This document shows positions 27,531 through 38,034 of a stretch of DNA of 55,953 nt, in pieces. Below the pieces are notes generated by a model. It did not search any database. It was not told where the DNA came from and worked only from the letters and a program-made list of their open reading frames with translations. Every line of letters starts with the position of its first letter. The first letter of the stretch is position 1. The position numbers and the translations under genes are program-made. Source of the stretch: Fusobacteriota bacterium (GTDB taxonomy: Bacteria > Fusobacteriota > Fusobacteriia > Fusobacteriales > JBNJFI01); assembly GCA_051746725.1 (NCBI GenBank), contig JBNJFI010000004.1, positions 2,530 through 58,482 of the forward strand. The letters are read 5' to 3'.

Positions 27531-29224
27531 TAATTAGTCCTCCTCATTTTTTTTAAGTTTTTTATATTTATTTGAATCTTATTATTATATCTTTTTTCTT
27601 CTGGATAATATAATATTTCATATTGATTTTTTTCTAACTCATATTTGGATAATTGTTTTGTCATGTTAAAACAAATAGCAAATAATTTTTTGCCACCTTT
27701 TTTGACTTCCCCTTTAAAATGATTATTTCTAACTCCAAATTTTTTTATTTTTCTAAATCTAACCCCTTTAGCTTTAAAAATAGCTTGCTCATTTCCATTT
27801 CCAAAAGGAGAAACTTTTTTTAAAGTTTTTAAAATCCCTATATCTATTTTACTTAATTCTAAACTTTTGTCAATATAATTTTCTTCTTTGTCTATATTTT
27901 TTAGATCAGTTTTTATCTCTTCTTTTATTATATTCTCAAATAATTTTATGTTTTTCTTTATCATCGTAAAACCAACTGCATAGCTGTGTCCACCAAATCT
28001 AATAAAACAATCAGAATAACGTTCTAATAATTTATATAGATTTATCTTTCCTGGACTTCTGCAAGATCCTTTTATTATATTATTTTGAACAGAAATCAAA
28101 AAAACCGGTATATCATATTTAATTGATAATTTTGATGCCACTATACCTATTACACTTGAGTACCAATCTTCATCATACAAATAAAAGAACTCCTGGGTTT
28201 CTAATTCATTTTTATATCTTTTTTCTATATCATCATATATTATTTTTTCTTTTTGTCGTCGAATATAATTTGCCTTTTTCATTTCTTCTATTATATTATA
28301 TATTGCAAATTCATCTTTTTCTAAAAAAAAGCTTACTCCTATTTCTGGATCTGTTATCCTCCCTAATGCATTAAATAGAGGAACTATATTAAAACTTATA
28401 TCATTTGTATTTAAGGTTTTATAAAGTTTTAAATATTTTAATAAGTACTTAAATCCTTTGACTTCACTTTTTTTTAAATATTTCAATCCTTTTTTGATGA
28501 TAACTCTATTTTCACCAACCATTGGAACTACATCCGATATCATTCCTAACATAACAATGTCTAAGTATTTATAAATATCTCCTAATGGTTTTTTCAAATA
28601 TTTATATAGACCTTCTGCTAACTTCAAGGTAACTCCAGATCCAGACAACTCTTTAAAAGGATAAGTTTTACTGGTTTTAGGATTCAATTCTATTTCTATT
28701 CCATTTTCGGAATTAGATCCCCTGTGATGATCAACAACAATTATATCTATATTTTTAGATTTAGCAAATTCCGTATCTTCTTTTGAATTAACTCCAATAT
28801 CCACAGTTATTATAAGGTTTGCACCTCTGTTTTCTAAGTTTTTAATATCACTTTTAGTTAATCCATACCCTTTAGATAAACGACTTGGAATATAATAATC
28901 AACATCAATTTCTAGTTGTTTTAATATTAAAACCAAAAAAGCTGTAGCACTTATACCGTCCATATCATAATCACCATATATAAAGATTTTCTCGTTTTTA
29001 TGCTCTAGTATTTTAGATACAGCTTTTTTCATATTTTCAAATTTATAGGGATCTTCTAGATATTCTAATTTTGGATCTAGAAATCGTTGAATATCTTCTG
29101 GCTTTTCATAGCCCCTATTTTTCAACAAAGTGGCAGCCAATTCTGATATTTGATTATCGTTAGCAATTTTAGATATTTCACTCTCATCGCCATTTTTCAC
29201 TTTCCACTTCATTCTTTTCCCCAT
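27530..29224 (-). CDS. recJ: Single-stranded-DNA-specific exonuclease RecJ
   Basis: YGDYDMDG, ITVDIG, DHH, ISDVVPM, GSCRS, FGGH, SPFGNGN. Confidence 0.9.
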   Translation of the reverse strand: MGKRMKWKVKNGDESEISKIANDNQISELAATLLKNRGYEKPEDIQRFLDPKLEYLEDPYKFENMKKAVSKILEHKNEKIFIYGDYDMDGISATAFLVLILKQLEIDVDYYIPSRLSKGYGLTKSDIKNLENRGANLIITVDIGVNSKEDTEFAKSKNIDIIVVDHHRGSNSENGIEIELNPKTSKTYPFKELSGSGVTLKLAEGLYKYLKKPLGDIYKYLDIVMLGMISDVVPMVGENRVIIKKGLKYLKKSEVKGFKYLLKYLKLYKTLNTNDISFNIVPLFNALGRITDPEIGVSFFLEKDEFAIYNIIEEMKKANYIRRQKEKIIYDDIEKRYKNELETQEFFYLYDEDWYSSVIGIVASKLSIKYDIPVFLISVQNNIIKGSCRSPGKINLYKLLERYSDCFIRFGGHSYAVGFTMIKKNIKLFENIIKEEIKTDLKNIDKEENYIDKSLELSKIDIGILKTLKKVSPFGNGNEQAIFKAKGVRFRKIKKFGVRNNHFKGEVKKGGKKLFAICFNMTKQLSKYELEKNQYEILYYPEEKRYNNKIQINIKNLKKMRRTN

Positions 29225-29242
29225 TCTTTAGATATTTTAATT

Positions 29243-29602
29243 TTAATTGCTCTTTATCTCTTTCAATATCTTATTAATTTTTGCACTGTGTTTTATTCCA
29301 GTATCCAATCTAAAATCTAGTTTAGGAGTTATTCTTAATTTAATTTCTTGACTCAATCTCTTTCTTAAAAATCCAGAACTTTTTTGAAATTCTTGTCTTA
29401 TATCTTCTTCTGTTAAAGGATCTTGGTCTTTTTTTTGCATAACTGTTACATATACTTTTGCCTCTTTTAAATCATTGGTTATTTCTGTTTGAGTTACAGA
29501 TACTAACCCTTTTAACTTTTTATTTTTTAACTCTTGTTGGATTATCCGTCCTAAAACTCTTGCTATTTCCTTTTCTATTCTAGCTTTTCTATATTTTTTC
29601 AT
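29243..29602 (-). CDS. rbfA: Ribosome-binding factor A
   Basis: DLKEAKVYVT, GFLRK...LRITPKLDF..D; follows infB. Confidence 0.95.
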   Translation of the reverse strand: MKKYRKARIEKEIARVLGRIIQQELKNKKLKGLVSVTQTEITNDLKEAKVYVTVMQKKDQDPLTEEDIRQEFQKSSGFLRKRLSQEIKLRITPKLDFRLDTGIKHSAKINKILKEIKSN

Positions 29603-31593
29603 TATAAAGTCCTCTTTACTTCTTTATGTGTATAAGCTTCTATTTCATCATCAACTTTTATGTCATTATATTCCTTTATTAATACTCCACAGTCTTTTGG
29701 AGCTGCTACTTCTTTAACATCATCAGAGTATCTTTTAAGAGTTTCTAATTCACCTTCATGAATTATCTCTCCATTTCTTAAAATTCTTATTTTAGAATCA
29801 GAATGTATTTTCCCATCAGTTACTATACAACCAGCTATATTCCCTATTTTTGACACTTTAAATATTTCTTGAATTCTTAATCTTCCCTGATAAACTTCTT
29901 TATATTCTGCATCTAACATTCCTGTTAAAGCTTTTTCAATATCTTCTGTTATATGATAAATAACATTATATGTTCGAATTTCAACACCTTCTCTATCAGC
30001 CTCTTTTAAAGCTTTAACTCTAGGTCTAACATGAAATCCAATTATTATAGCATCTGATGCCTCTGCTAATTTAACATCTCCCTCTGTTATAGCACCAGAA
30101 GTTGCATGTATTATTGTTACCCTAACTTCATCATGAACAAATCTAGCCAATGATTTTTTTAAAGCTTCTATTGATCCACGACTATCAGCCTTTATTATCA
30201 ATCTCAATTCCTTTAGTTTCTGCTTCTCAATTTTATTATGAAGATCATCAAATGTTACATGCTTTCTTTCCTGTTGTTCTTTTATTTTTCTTTCTGATAC
30301 AACTTCATCTGCAATTTCTCGGGCTTTTTTCTTATTTTGTACAACATATAAAACATCTCCTGCTTGTGGAACAGAATCAAAACCGGTAACTTCTACAGGC
30401 ATTGAAGGCAATGCTTTTTTGACTTTTTTTCCTTTATCATTCATCATTGACCTAACCCGTCCATAACTAGATCCACTTACAAAAGTATTCCCGATTTTTA
30501 AAGTTCCCTCTTGAATCAAAATATCTGCAACAGGTCCAATCTGTTTATCCAATCTAGATTCTAAAACAACTCCCTTTGCTCTTTTATTTGGATTAGCTTT
30601 TAACTCTGATACATCAGTAGTTAATAATATTAACTCTAATAAATCATCCAAATTGATTCGTTTTAATGCTGAAATCTCAACATATTCAGTATCTCCACCC
30701 CAACCATGAAGTGGTAATCCGTGTTCTAAAAGCTCTCTTTTTACTTTCTCTGGGTTAGCATTAGGTTTATCTATTTTATTTATAGCAACAATAATTGGTA
30801 CACCTGCTGCCTTAGCATGTGATATAGCCTCTTCAGTTTGTGGCATAACACCATCATCAGCTGCAACTATTAATACTGCTACATCTGTTATATTAGCTCC
30901 TCTTGCTCTCATTTCTGTAAATGCCTCATGACCTGGTGTATCTATAAAGGTGATCTTTTTTCCATTTTTTTCTATTTGATATGCACCTATTTTTTGAGTT
31001 ATTCCACCAGCTTCCCCATCTGCAACTTGAGTTTTTCTAATTGCATCTAAAAGAGAAGTCTTTCCATGATCAACATGCCCCATTATAGTTACAACTGGAG
31101 ATTTCATCTTTAAGTCAGACTCATTATCCTCTTTTTCTAAATTAAATTTTTCTCCAAAATCCTCTTCAATTATTTCTTCTTCTTTTTCTATTATAATATC
31201 TTTTTTCAAAGCAATTTCTTCTGCTATCTCAAAAGGAATAAGGTCATTTATTTTAAACATTTTTCCTTCCATAAAAAGTTCTTTTATCAAATCGGCCGGA
31301 TTAACAGAAATCTTTTCTGCAAATTCTTTTAAAGTTATCTCACTTGGTATTTTTATTATTTCTATGTCTTCACTTCCTTCATCTTTTTCTAGTTGTTTCT
31401 CATCTTTTTTCTCTGATTTATCTTCAGAACCAGATTGTTTTAATTCGTCCCTTATAATTTTAGCTTCTTCATCAGTTAAACCTGATAAATGAGAAGCTAC
31501 ATCTAATCCTAAATTCTTAATTATTTCTATGAGATCTTTACTCTCCATGTCGAACTCTTTTGCTAATTGATGCACTCTAATCTTATGTGACAT
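29602..31593 (-). CDS. infB: Translation initiation factor IF-2
   Basis: [10 protein letters not shown]-domain, [27 protein letters not shown]. Confidence 0.98.
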   Translation of the reverse strand: MSHKIRVHQLAKEFDMESKDLIEIIKNLGLDVASHLSGLTDEEAKIIRDELKQSGSEDKSEKKDEKQLEKDEGSEDIEIIKIPSEITLKEFAEKISVNPADLIKELFMEGKMFKINDLIPFEIAEEIALKKDIIIEKEEEIIEEDFGEKFNLEKEDNESDLKMKSPVVTIMGHVDHGKTSLLDAIRKTQVADGEAGGITQKIGAYQIEKNGKKITFIDTPGHEAFTEMRARGANITDVAVLIVAADDGVMPQTEEAISHAKAAGVPIIVAINKIDKPNANPEKVKRELLEHGLPLHGWGGDTEYVEISALKRINLDDLLELILLTTDVSELKANPNKRAKGVVLESRLDKQIGPVADILIQEGTLKIGNTFVSGSSYGRVRSMMNDKGKKVKKALPSMPVEVTGFDSVPQAGDVLYVVQNKKKAREIADEVVSERKIKEQQERKHVTFDDLHNKIEKQKLKELRLIIKADSRGSIEALKKSLARFVHDEVRVTIIHATSGAITEGDVKLAEASDAIIIGFHVRPRVKALKEADREGVEIRTYNVIYHITEDIEKALTGMLDAEYKEVYQGRLRIQEIFKVSKIGNIAGCIVTDGKIHSDSKIRILRNGEIIHEGELETLKRYSDDVKEVAAPKDCGVLIKEYNDIKVDDEIEAYTHKEVKRTL

Positions 31594-31628
31594 AATACCC
31601 TCCTATATTTCCTATAGTATATAATTTT

Positions 31629-32684
31629 TTACTCTTTGTCCCCTTTGATTTCTTTTATTGTCTTTATATCAATTTTAGTCCCAGTTAGTTTTGCTGCCAA
31701 TCTTGCATTTTGTCCACTTTTCCCTATTGCAAGTGACAATTGATTTTTAGGAACAATCACTTTAGCTTCTTTACCTTTTTTGTCTAGCCTCACCTCTGTT
31801 ACTTTTGCTGGACTTAAGGCATTTTTTATAAACTTTGCTTGATCTTTTTCCCATTCTATAATATCAATATTTTCGCCATTTAATTCTTCAACAATAGTCT
31901 TTATCCGTATTCCTTTTTGTCCAATACAAGCTCCTATTGTATCGATATTTTCATCATCAGAATATACTGCAATTTTAGATCTGCTTCCAGCTTCTCTAAC
32001 TACAGATTTTATCTCAATCAGCCCTTCTGTGATTTCTGGTATTTCAAATTTAAACAACTCTTCTAAGAGACCAGGACTTTTTCTTGATATTATAACTTTA
32101 GGATATTTTTTAGCTTTTTTTATTTCTTCAATATATATTTTTAATCTATCTCCTATCCTATAAACATCATTCGGTGATTGTTCAGTCGTAGGCAATAGTG
32201 CTTCTATTCCTTGAAATTCAATATATATATTCCCTCTTTGGTCGATCCTTCTAATTATTCCATTTATAATTTCATGTTCATTTTCTTTAAGTTTGTAATA
32301 CAAATTATTTCTTTCTGTTTCTCTAATTTTTTGTATTACTATTTGTTTTGCGTTTTGTATAGCATTTCTTCTAAATAAATTACATTCCTCTTTTACATAA
32401 ACCTCATCATTTTCATTAAGAGTCTTTTTTATATTTTTTCTTGCATCCTTTAAACTAATTTCAGTTTTTGGATCTGTAGGTTCCTTTACAACTTTTTTCT
32501 TAGTAGAGATTTTTATTTCTCCAGTTTCTCTATCCATTTCAACTTTTGCATTTTGGTCATCGCCATAATTTTTTTTATAGGCTGCGTGTAATGCCAGTTC
32601 AATTGTATTCAAAACTTCGTCTTTAGATATCCCTTTTTCTTTTTCTAACTGCTCTAAAGCCTGTATTATTGCTTTTTCATTCAT
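31629..32684 (-). CDS. nusA: Transcription termination/antitermination factor NusA
   Basis: EKEKGI, S1 and KH domains, REAGSRSK, IGKSGQNARLAAKLTG; start moved to MNEK at 32684. Confidence 0.97.
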   Translation of the reverse strand: MNEKAIIQALEQLEKEKGISKDEVLNTIELALHAAYKKNYGDDQNAKVEMDRETGEIKISTKKKVVKEPTDPKTEISLKDARKNIKKTLNENDEVYVKEECNLFRRNAIQNAKQIVIQKIRETERNNLYYKLKENEHEIINGIIRRIDQRGNIYIEFQGIEALLPTTEQSPNDVYRIGDRLKIYIEEIKKAKKYPKVIISRKSPGLLEELFKFEIPEITEGLIEIKSVVREAGSRSKIAVYSDDENIDTIGACIGQKGIRIKTIVEELNGENIDIIEWEKDQAKFIKNALSPAKVTEVRLDKKGKEAKVIVPKNQLSLAIGKSGQNARLAAKLTGTKIDIKTIKEIKGDKE

Positions 32685-32706
32685 TATATGTCTTCCTCCC
32701 ATTTAA

Positions 32707-33171
32707 TTATAATTCAAATACTAATTTTGCTTTTTTTATCTCCTTATAAGGAATAACACAAGTTTCATTGACTTCTTCACATTCTAAATATACTTTAGAG
32801 TCTTTATATTCCTTTATTACTCCTTCTAATCTTCTGGCATCGTATAATCTATGTTTGAAATATAAATTTGCTTTTTTCCCTGTAAATCTGATAAAATCTT
32901 CTTCTGTTCTAAGTGGTCTATCTAAACCTGGAGAAGACACCTCTAAAAAAAATTCTCTATTTATAATTTTATCTACATCTTCCTCTATTTTTTTTGTTAC
33001 ATTCTTACAATCGTCTAACGTTACTCCACCTTTTTTGTCTATATATACCCGAACATACCAATAACCACCATCTTGCATATATTCAACATCGACCAATTCT
33101 AAATCCATGTTTTCAGCAATAGGTTTTGCCAATTCATATATCTGATTTTCTTTTCTTTCTTCCGTATCCAT
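32707..33171 (-). CDS. rimP: Ribosome maturation factor RimP
   Basis: ELVDVE, RVYIDK.GGVTLDDC, LEVSSPGLDRPL. Confidence 0.96.
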   Translation of the reverse strand: MDTEERKENQIYELAKPIAENMDLELVDVEYMQDGGYWYVRVYIDKKGGVTLDDCKNVTKKIEEDVDKIINREFFLEVSSPGLDRPLRTEEDFIRFTGKKANLYFKHRLYDARRLEGVIKEYKDSKVYLECEEVNETCVIPYKEIKKAKLVFEL

Positions 33172-33217
33172 CTTCTCCCCCTTATATTAAATATATAGTA
33201 ACTTAATTCTTTCAATT

Positions 33218-33250
33218 AAAGAAAGAAGTGGGCAACCACCCACTTCTTTC
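33218..33250 (-). terminator. rimP-leader terminator/attenuator between the tRNAs and rimP
   Basis: Minus strand GAAAGAAGTGGG-tggttg-CCCACTTCTTTC-TTT. Confidence 0.8.
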
Positions 33251-33281
33251 ACTTTTTATATTATTCTAATTGTTTTTATAG

Positions 33282-33357
33282 TGGTGCGCCATACAAGAAT
33301 CGAACTTGTGACAACTCGATTAAAAGTCGAGTGCTCTACCGACTGAGCTAATGGCGC
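33282..33357 (-). tRNA. tRNA-Lys (anticodon TTT)
   Basis: GCGCCATTAGCTCAGTCGGTAGAGCACTCGAC-TTTTA-ATCGAG...GTTCGATT...TGGCGCACCA; 76 nt, encoded CCA. Confidence 0.97.
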
Positions 33358-33358
33358 A

Positions 33359-33434
33359 TGGAGCGAAAGACGAGGGTCGAACTCGCGACATTCAGCTTGG
33401 AAGGCTGACGCTCTACCAACTGAGCTACTTTCGC
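33359..33434 (-). tRNA. tRNA-Gly (anticodon TCC)
   Basis: GCGAAAGTAGCTCAGTTGGTAGAGCGTCAGC-CTTCCAA-GCTGA...GTTCGACC...TTTCGCTCCA; 76 nt, encoded CCA. Confidence 0.97.
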
Positions 33435-33447
33435 AACAACAAGGATG

Positions 33448-33476
33448 ATTATATCATACCATGAGCATTCTGTCAA
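33448..33476 (-). promoter_or_regulatory. Consensus sigma70 promoter of the tRNA-Gly/tRNA-Lys(-rimP) transcript
   Basis: TTGACA-17 nt-TATAAT with TG extension, preceded by an A-tract (UP element-like). Confidence 0.88.
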
Positions 33477-33535
33477 CTTTTTTTTTACTTTTATCTCCTC
33501 TAAAACAAACAATAAATAATACAACTTTTTTGAAA

Positions 33536-34171
33536 TTAAAATCCTAGCTTTTCACCTATTAGTATAACTTTTATTCTTCCTTTTTCTCTAGATCTTCTAG
33601 TTATAACTATTTGACAACAAATAGTGTCATCCACTTGGCAATTTTGACAATATCCTGTTTTAGAACAAGGAGTTTCTTGAGATAATCTAACAGTATTTAT
33701 AGGAGAAGCTATATTTTGTACTCTTTCCCTTGCGGACAACTCATTATCTCTAACTTTATTCATTGAAATAGGCATTATAATTTTCTTAGGTCCATATATC
33801 AAACTAGCAACTCTATTTCCTCTACCATCAATATTAACTAATTTTCCGTCTCTAGTTATAGCATTAGAACTCATAAGGTAGTAATCTGAACTTAAGGCTT
33901 TATGATATATTTTTTCTTTTTCTTCCTCTGAGGTTGCCTTTCGTTTATCTATCAAGTTATAATCTCCTTTATCTAAGGCTTCTATTACCCCCATATCATC
34001 TAAGGTCATAGATCCTCCCCATGAAATTGTCTTATCCTTTTGAAAATTATCTAATATATAGTCTCTAGCTTCCTCTTTTGTATCAAAATAAATGCCATCC
34101 ATATTCCTTTTTTTTAATCCTTTTATCACTATTTTTGATAAATTTCTATAATATTTCTTTTGATTATTCAT
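33536..34171 (-). CDS. LUD-domain protein (LutC/YkgG, lactate utilization family)
   Basis: WGGSMTL, SSNAIT.DG.LVNIDG.GNRVA, TPCSKTGYC..C....IC, LIGEKLGF. Confidence 0.85.
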   Translation of the reverse strand: MNNQKKYYRNLSKIVIKGLKKRNMDGIYFDTKEEARDYILDNFQKDKTISWGGSMTLDDMGVIEALDKGDYNLIDKRKATSEEEKEKIYHKALSSDYYLMSSNAITRDGKLVNIDGRGNRVASLIYGPKKIIMPISMNKVRDNELSARERVQNIASPINTVRLSQETPCSKTGYCQNCQVDDTICCQIVITRRSREKGRIKVILIGEKLGF

Positions 34172-34253
34172 AATTCTCCTTATTAAATTTTTTATTTTAT
34201 TAATTTAAATAACTAATCTACTCAAAAACTAATAATAATCTTTAAAATATCAC

Positions 34254-34285
34254 AAAAGAGCAAGGGATTAATCCCTCGCTCTTTT
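34254..34285 (-). terminator. Intrinsic terminator after PFOR
   Basis: AAAAGAGCAAGGGAT-ta-ATCCCTCGCTCTTTT. Confidence 0.82.
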
Positions 34286-34302
34286 ATTTGTTATTTTTTA
34301 AA

Positions 34303-37300
34303 TTACTCTGATTCAGAATAATCCATATTAGCTAATCTCTTATATTGTTCCCATCTTTCTTTTGTTTCTTTCTTTTGTTTTTCAAATAACTCTTCAGCTC
34401 TTTCTGGGAATTTTTTAAATAATTGAGAATATCTTACTTCTCCCATTAAAAAGTCTTTTAAGTTATCATATTTTGGTTCTTTAGAATCCAATTGTAAAGG
34501 ATTCTTCCCTTCTTCTTTTAAAGTAGGATTATATCTATAAAGTGGCCAATATCCACATTCAGTTGCTAATTTTTCCTCTTCGATAGATTTCCCCATACCT
34601 TTTCTTATTCCATGATTAATACATGGAGCATAAGCAATTATTAATGAAGGTCCATCAAAAGCTTCAGCTTCTTGTATAGCTTTTAAATATTGACCTTGAT
34701 TTCCACCTATAGAAACTTGAGCTATATATATACTTCCATAAGCCATCATTTGAACTCCTAGATCTTTTTTGGCAGTTGGAGTTCCACTTGCAGCAAATTT
34801 AGCTACAGATCCTGTAGGACTCGCCTTCGAAGCTTGACCACCGGTATTAGAGTAAACTTCTGTATCTACAACTAAAACGTTCACATCTTCTCCAGAAGCC
34901 AACACATGGTCTAATCCTCCAAATCCAATATCATTAGCCCATCCATCTCCTCCAAACATCCATACAGATTTCTTAACAAGATATTGTTTATGGTCTAATA
35001 TCTCTTGAGCTTTTTCATTATCACATTCTTTTAATAATGGAACTAATTTATCTCTAACTTCTTTTGTTATGTCTCCATCTTTTCTATTTTCTATCCATTT
35101 AGTATATAAATCTTTAATTTCGCCTGAAACATCGTCCATGCTATTTTCCATTAGAGTTTCTATCTTATCTCTCATTGTTTCAATAGCAATTTGCATTCCA
35201 AATCCATACTCGGCGTTATCTTCAAATAAAGAAGATGCCCAAGCTGGACCTTCTCCGTTTGCATTTTTACAATAAGGAGTTGAAGGAGCAGATCCTCCAT
35301 ATATTGAAGAACATCCTGTTGCATTTGCTATCATCATTCTATCTCCAAATAATTGAGTTATTGCTTTTATGTATGGAGTTTCTCCACAACCTGCACATGC
35401 TCCTGAGAATTCAAATAATGGTTGAGCGAATTGACTTCCTTTAACTGTATTCTTAGTCATTTTATCATCTTTATACGTTACATTATTATGAATATATTCT
35501 GTTCTTTCAATTTCTTCCCCTTGTGATCCAATTGGTTTCATAACTAATGCTTTTCCTTTAGGAGCTGGACAAACATTGGCACATGATCCACAACCTGTAC
35601 AATCTAATACACTTACTTGTATTCTATATTCTAACCCTTCCATTCCTTTACCTATAGGTTTAATTGTTTCAGTTCCCTCTGGAGCATTTTTAAGTTCCTC
35701 TTCATCTAATAAGAATGGTCTAATTACAGCATGAGGACAAACATAAGCACACTGATTACATTGGATACAGTTTTCTTCTTGCCATTCTGGAACATTAACT
35801 GCTATACCTCTTTTTTCTGCTGCAGTTGTTCCATTATCAAATGTTCCATCTTCTCTTCCGTTAAATGCACTTACAGGTAAACTATCACCACTCATGTTAT
35901 TTATTGGATTAACTACTTTTTCGATAAATTCCGTAGTAGATTCAATTTTACATTCTTTACCAAATCCACCAACACATTCTTTTAACTCAACATCAAGATC
36001 TTTCCATTCTTCAGGTACATCAACTTTTTCAAGTTCATCTGCCCCTCTATCTACTGCAGCATAGTTCATATCTATAATATCTTGACCTTTATGACCATAT
36101 GATTTTACTATAGCATCTTTCATATGTTTTTTAGCTTCTTCATAAGGTATTACTTCTGCTAATTTAAAGAAAGCAGATTGCATAATAGTGTTTGTTCTGT
36201 GACCTAATCCAATTTCTGCTGCAACATCTGTGGCATTAATTATATAGAAATCTATATTTTTAACTGCCAACGCTTTCTTTATTGTCTCAGGTAAATGTTT
36301 TTTAGTTTCTTCAGCATCCCATATACTATTTAATAAGAAAGTTCCACCTTCCTTTAATTTTTCAACCATTTCATATTTTTCTAAATATGCTGGCACACTA
36401 CAAGCTAAAAAATCAGGATTTGAAACTAAGTATGTAGCTCTTATTGGATCTTTTCCAAATCTTAAATGTGATCGTGTAACTCCACCAGATTTTTTAGAGT
36501 CATATGCAAAATAACCTTGAGCATACATATCTGTTTTGTCTCCTATTATTTTTATTGAGTTTTTATTGGCACCAACTGTACCATCTGAACCTAACCCAAA
36601 GAATAAACACTCAGTAACATCATCAGGAACAGCAGAGATCTTCTCTTCTGTAGGTAAAGAAGTAAAAGTAACATCGTCTTCAATTCCTATTGTAAAGTTA
36701 TTTTTGGATTCCTTTCGTTTAAGGTTTTCATATACAGCTACAATTTGGCTTGGATCTGTGTCTTTAGAAGATAGTCCATATCTTCCTCCAACTATTGTAG
36801 GAGCATTTTCTTTTCCATAAAATAGATTTCTAATATCCAAGTATAATGGTTCTCCATTTGCTCCTGGTTCCTTAGTTCTATCTAATACAGCGATATTTTT
36901 AACTGTATCTGGTAATTCATTCATAAAATATTTTTCAGAAAAAGGTCTATATAAATGAACTGCCATAAGACCTACTTTTTCACCTTTTTTGACTAAATAA
37001 TCAATTGTTTCTCTTATAGTTTCAGTTACAGATCCCATTGCTACTATTATATGCTCAGCATCTTCAGCACCATAATAAGTAAATGGTTTATAATTTCTTC
37101 CTGTTAATTTTGATATTTCTTTCATATAATTAGCTACTATATCCGGTACTCTATCATAGAATTTATTTTGAGCTTCTCTTGCTTGAAAATATATATCATC
37201 GTTTTGTGCTGTACCTCTTGTAACTGGATTTTCTGGATTTAATGCATTTTCTCTGAATTCTTTAACAGCATCTTTATCTAATAATTTTTCTAATTCATCA

Positions 37301-37863
37301 TAATCCATTAATTCTACTTTTTGAATTTCATGAGAAGTTCTAAATCCATCAAAAAAGTGCAAGAAAGGAATTCTTGATTTTATAGCAGATAAATGAGCTA
37401 TCCCTCCTAAATCCATAACCTCTTGAACAGAACCAGACGCTAACATAGCAAAACCAGTTTGTCTTGCTGCATAAACATCAGAATGATCTCCAAAAATAGA
37501 AAGGGCTTGTGCTGATAATGATCTGGCACTAGTATGAATTACCCCTGGTAATAATTCTCCTGATATCTTATACATATTAGGTATCTTCAGTAATAACCCT
37601 TGAGATGCTGTATAAGTTGTAGTTAAAGCTCCTGCTTGAAGAGAACCATGTACGGTTCCAGCAGCTCCACCTTCAGATTGCATTTCCACAAGCTTTACTG
37701 GATTTCCAAAAATATTTTTTTTCCCGTCAGATGCCCATTTGTCAGTATACTCTGCCATAGGCGAAGATGGAGTTATTGGGTATATTCCTGCTACTTCTGT
37801 AAAAGCATATGAAGCATATGCAGCAGCCATATTTCCATCCATTGTTTGCATTTTCTTTGACAT
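34303..37863 (-). CDS. nifJ: Pyruvate:ferredoxin (flavodoxin) oxidoreductase
   Basis: YPITPSSPM, EMQSEGGAAG, GLGSDGTVG, two 4Fe-4S motifs (CIQCNQC, CTGCGSC), GACAGCGE, GGDGW; start moved to MSKK at 37863 (AGGAGG RBS). Confidence 0.97.
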   Translation of the reverse strand: MSKKMQTMDGNMAAAYASYAFTEVAGIYPITPSSPMAEYTDKWASDGKKNIFGNPVKLVEMQSEGGAAGTVHGSLQAGALTTTYTASQGLLLKIPNMYKISGELLPGVIHTSARSLSAQALSIFGDHSDVYAARQTGFAMLASGSVQEVMDLGGIAHLSAIKSRIPFLHFFDGFRTSHEIQKVELMDYDELEKLLDKDAVKEFRENALNPENPVTRGTAQNDDIYFQAREAQNKFYDRVPDIVANYMKEISKLTGRNYKPFTYYGAEDAEHIIVAMGSVTETIRETIDYLVKKGEKVGLMAVHLYRPFSEKYFMNELPDTVKNIAVLDRTKEPGANGEPLYLDIRNLFYGKENAPTIVGGRYGLSSKDTDPSQIVAVYENLKRKESKNNFTIGIEDDVTFTSLPTEEKISAVPDDVTECLFFGLGSDGTVGANKNSIKIIGDKTDMYAQGYFAYDSKKSGGVTRSHLRFGKDPIRATYLVSNPDFLACSVPAYLEKYEMVEKLKEGGTFLLNSIWDAEETKKHLPETIKKALAVKNIDFYIINATDVAAEIGLGHRTNTIMQSAFFKLAEVIPYEEAKKHMKDAIVKSYGHKGQDIIDMNYAAVDRGADELEKVDVPEEWKDLDVELKECVGGFGKECKIESTTEFIEKVVNPINNMSGDSLPVSAFNGREDGTFDNGTTAAEKRGIAVNVPEWQEENCIQCNQCAYVCPHAVIRPFLLDEEELKNAPEGTETIKPIGKGMEGLEYRIQVSVLDCTGCGSCANVCPAPKGKALVMKPIGSQGEEIERTEYIHNNVTYKDDKMTKNTVKGSQFAQPLFEFSGACAGCGETPYIKAITQLFGDRMMIANATGCSSIYGGSAPSTPYCKNANGEGPAWASSLFEDNAEYGFGMQIAIETMRDKIETLMENSMDDVSGEIKDLYTKWIENRKDGDITKEVRDKLVPLLKECDNEKAQEILDHKQYLVKKSVWMFGGDGWANDIGFGGLDHVLASGEDVNVLVVDTEVYSNTGGQASKASPTGSVAKFAASGTPTAKKDLGVQMMAYGSIYIAQVSIGGNQGQYLKAIQEAEAFDGPSLIIAYAPCINHGIRKGMGKSIEEEKLATECGYWPLYRYNPTLKEEGKNPLQLDSKEPKYDNLKDFLMGEVRYSQLFKKFPERAEELFEKQKKETKERWEQYKRLANMDYSESE

Positions 37864-38034
37864 AATTATATTCCTCCTTTTAGTTGTTGTACTTATTCTG
37901 ATCCATAAAATCCAACATACAAAAGACATTTTATAATACTATTGTCCATTGTTTATAAACTCTAATTATGAAACAGATTACATTTGTTAAGTAATCATTA
38001 ACTTATTATTACTTTTTTTCACTACCACTTAACT

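Noticed and set aside
33282..33434. tRNAs as integration sites for an island or prophage
   Set aside because: No integrase, no duplicated tRNA 3' end and no compositional shift nearby
37864..37929. Longer N-termini given by the ORF track for nifJ (also clpX, nusA, truB, maf, porin, ankyrin protein, rpmE)
   Set aside because: Downstream starts have clear Shine-Dalgarno sequences and match family N-termini; the extensions are translated UTR
37984..38003. Rex-like operator (TTGTTAA...TTAAC) in the PFOR leader, and a similar half-site before pta
   Set aside because: Half-site spacing is 7 rather than 4 nt and matches are poor in very AT-rich DNA
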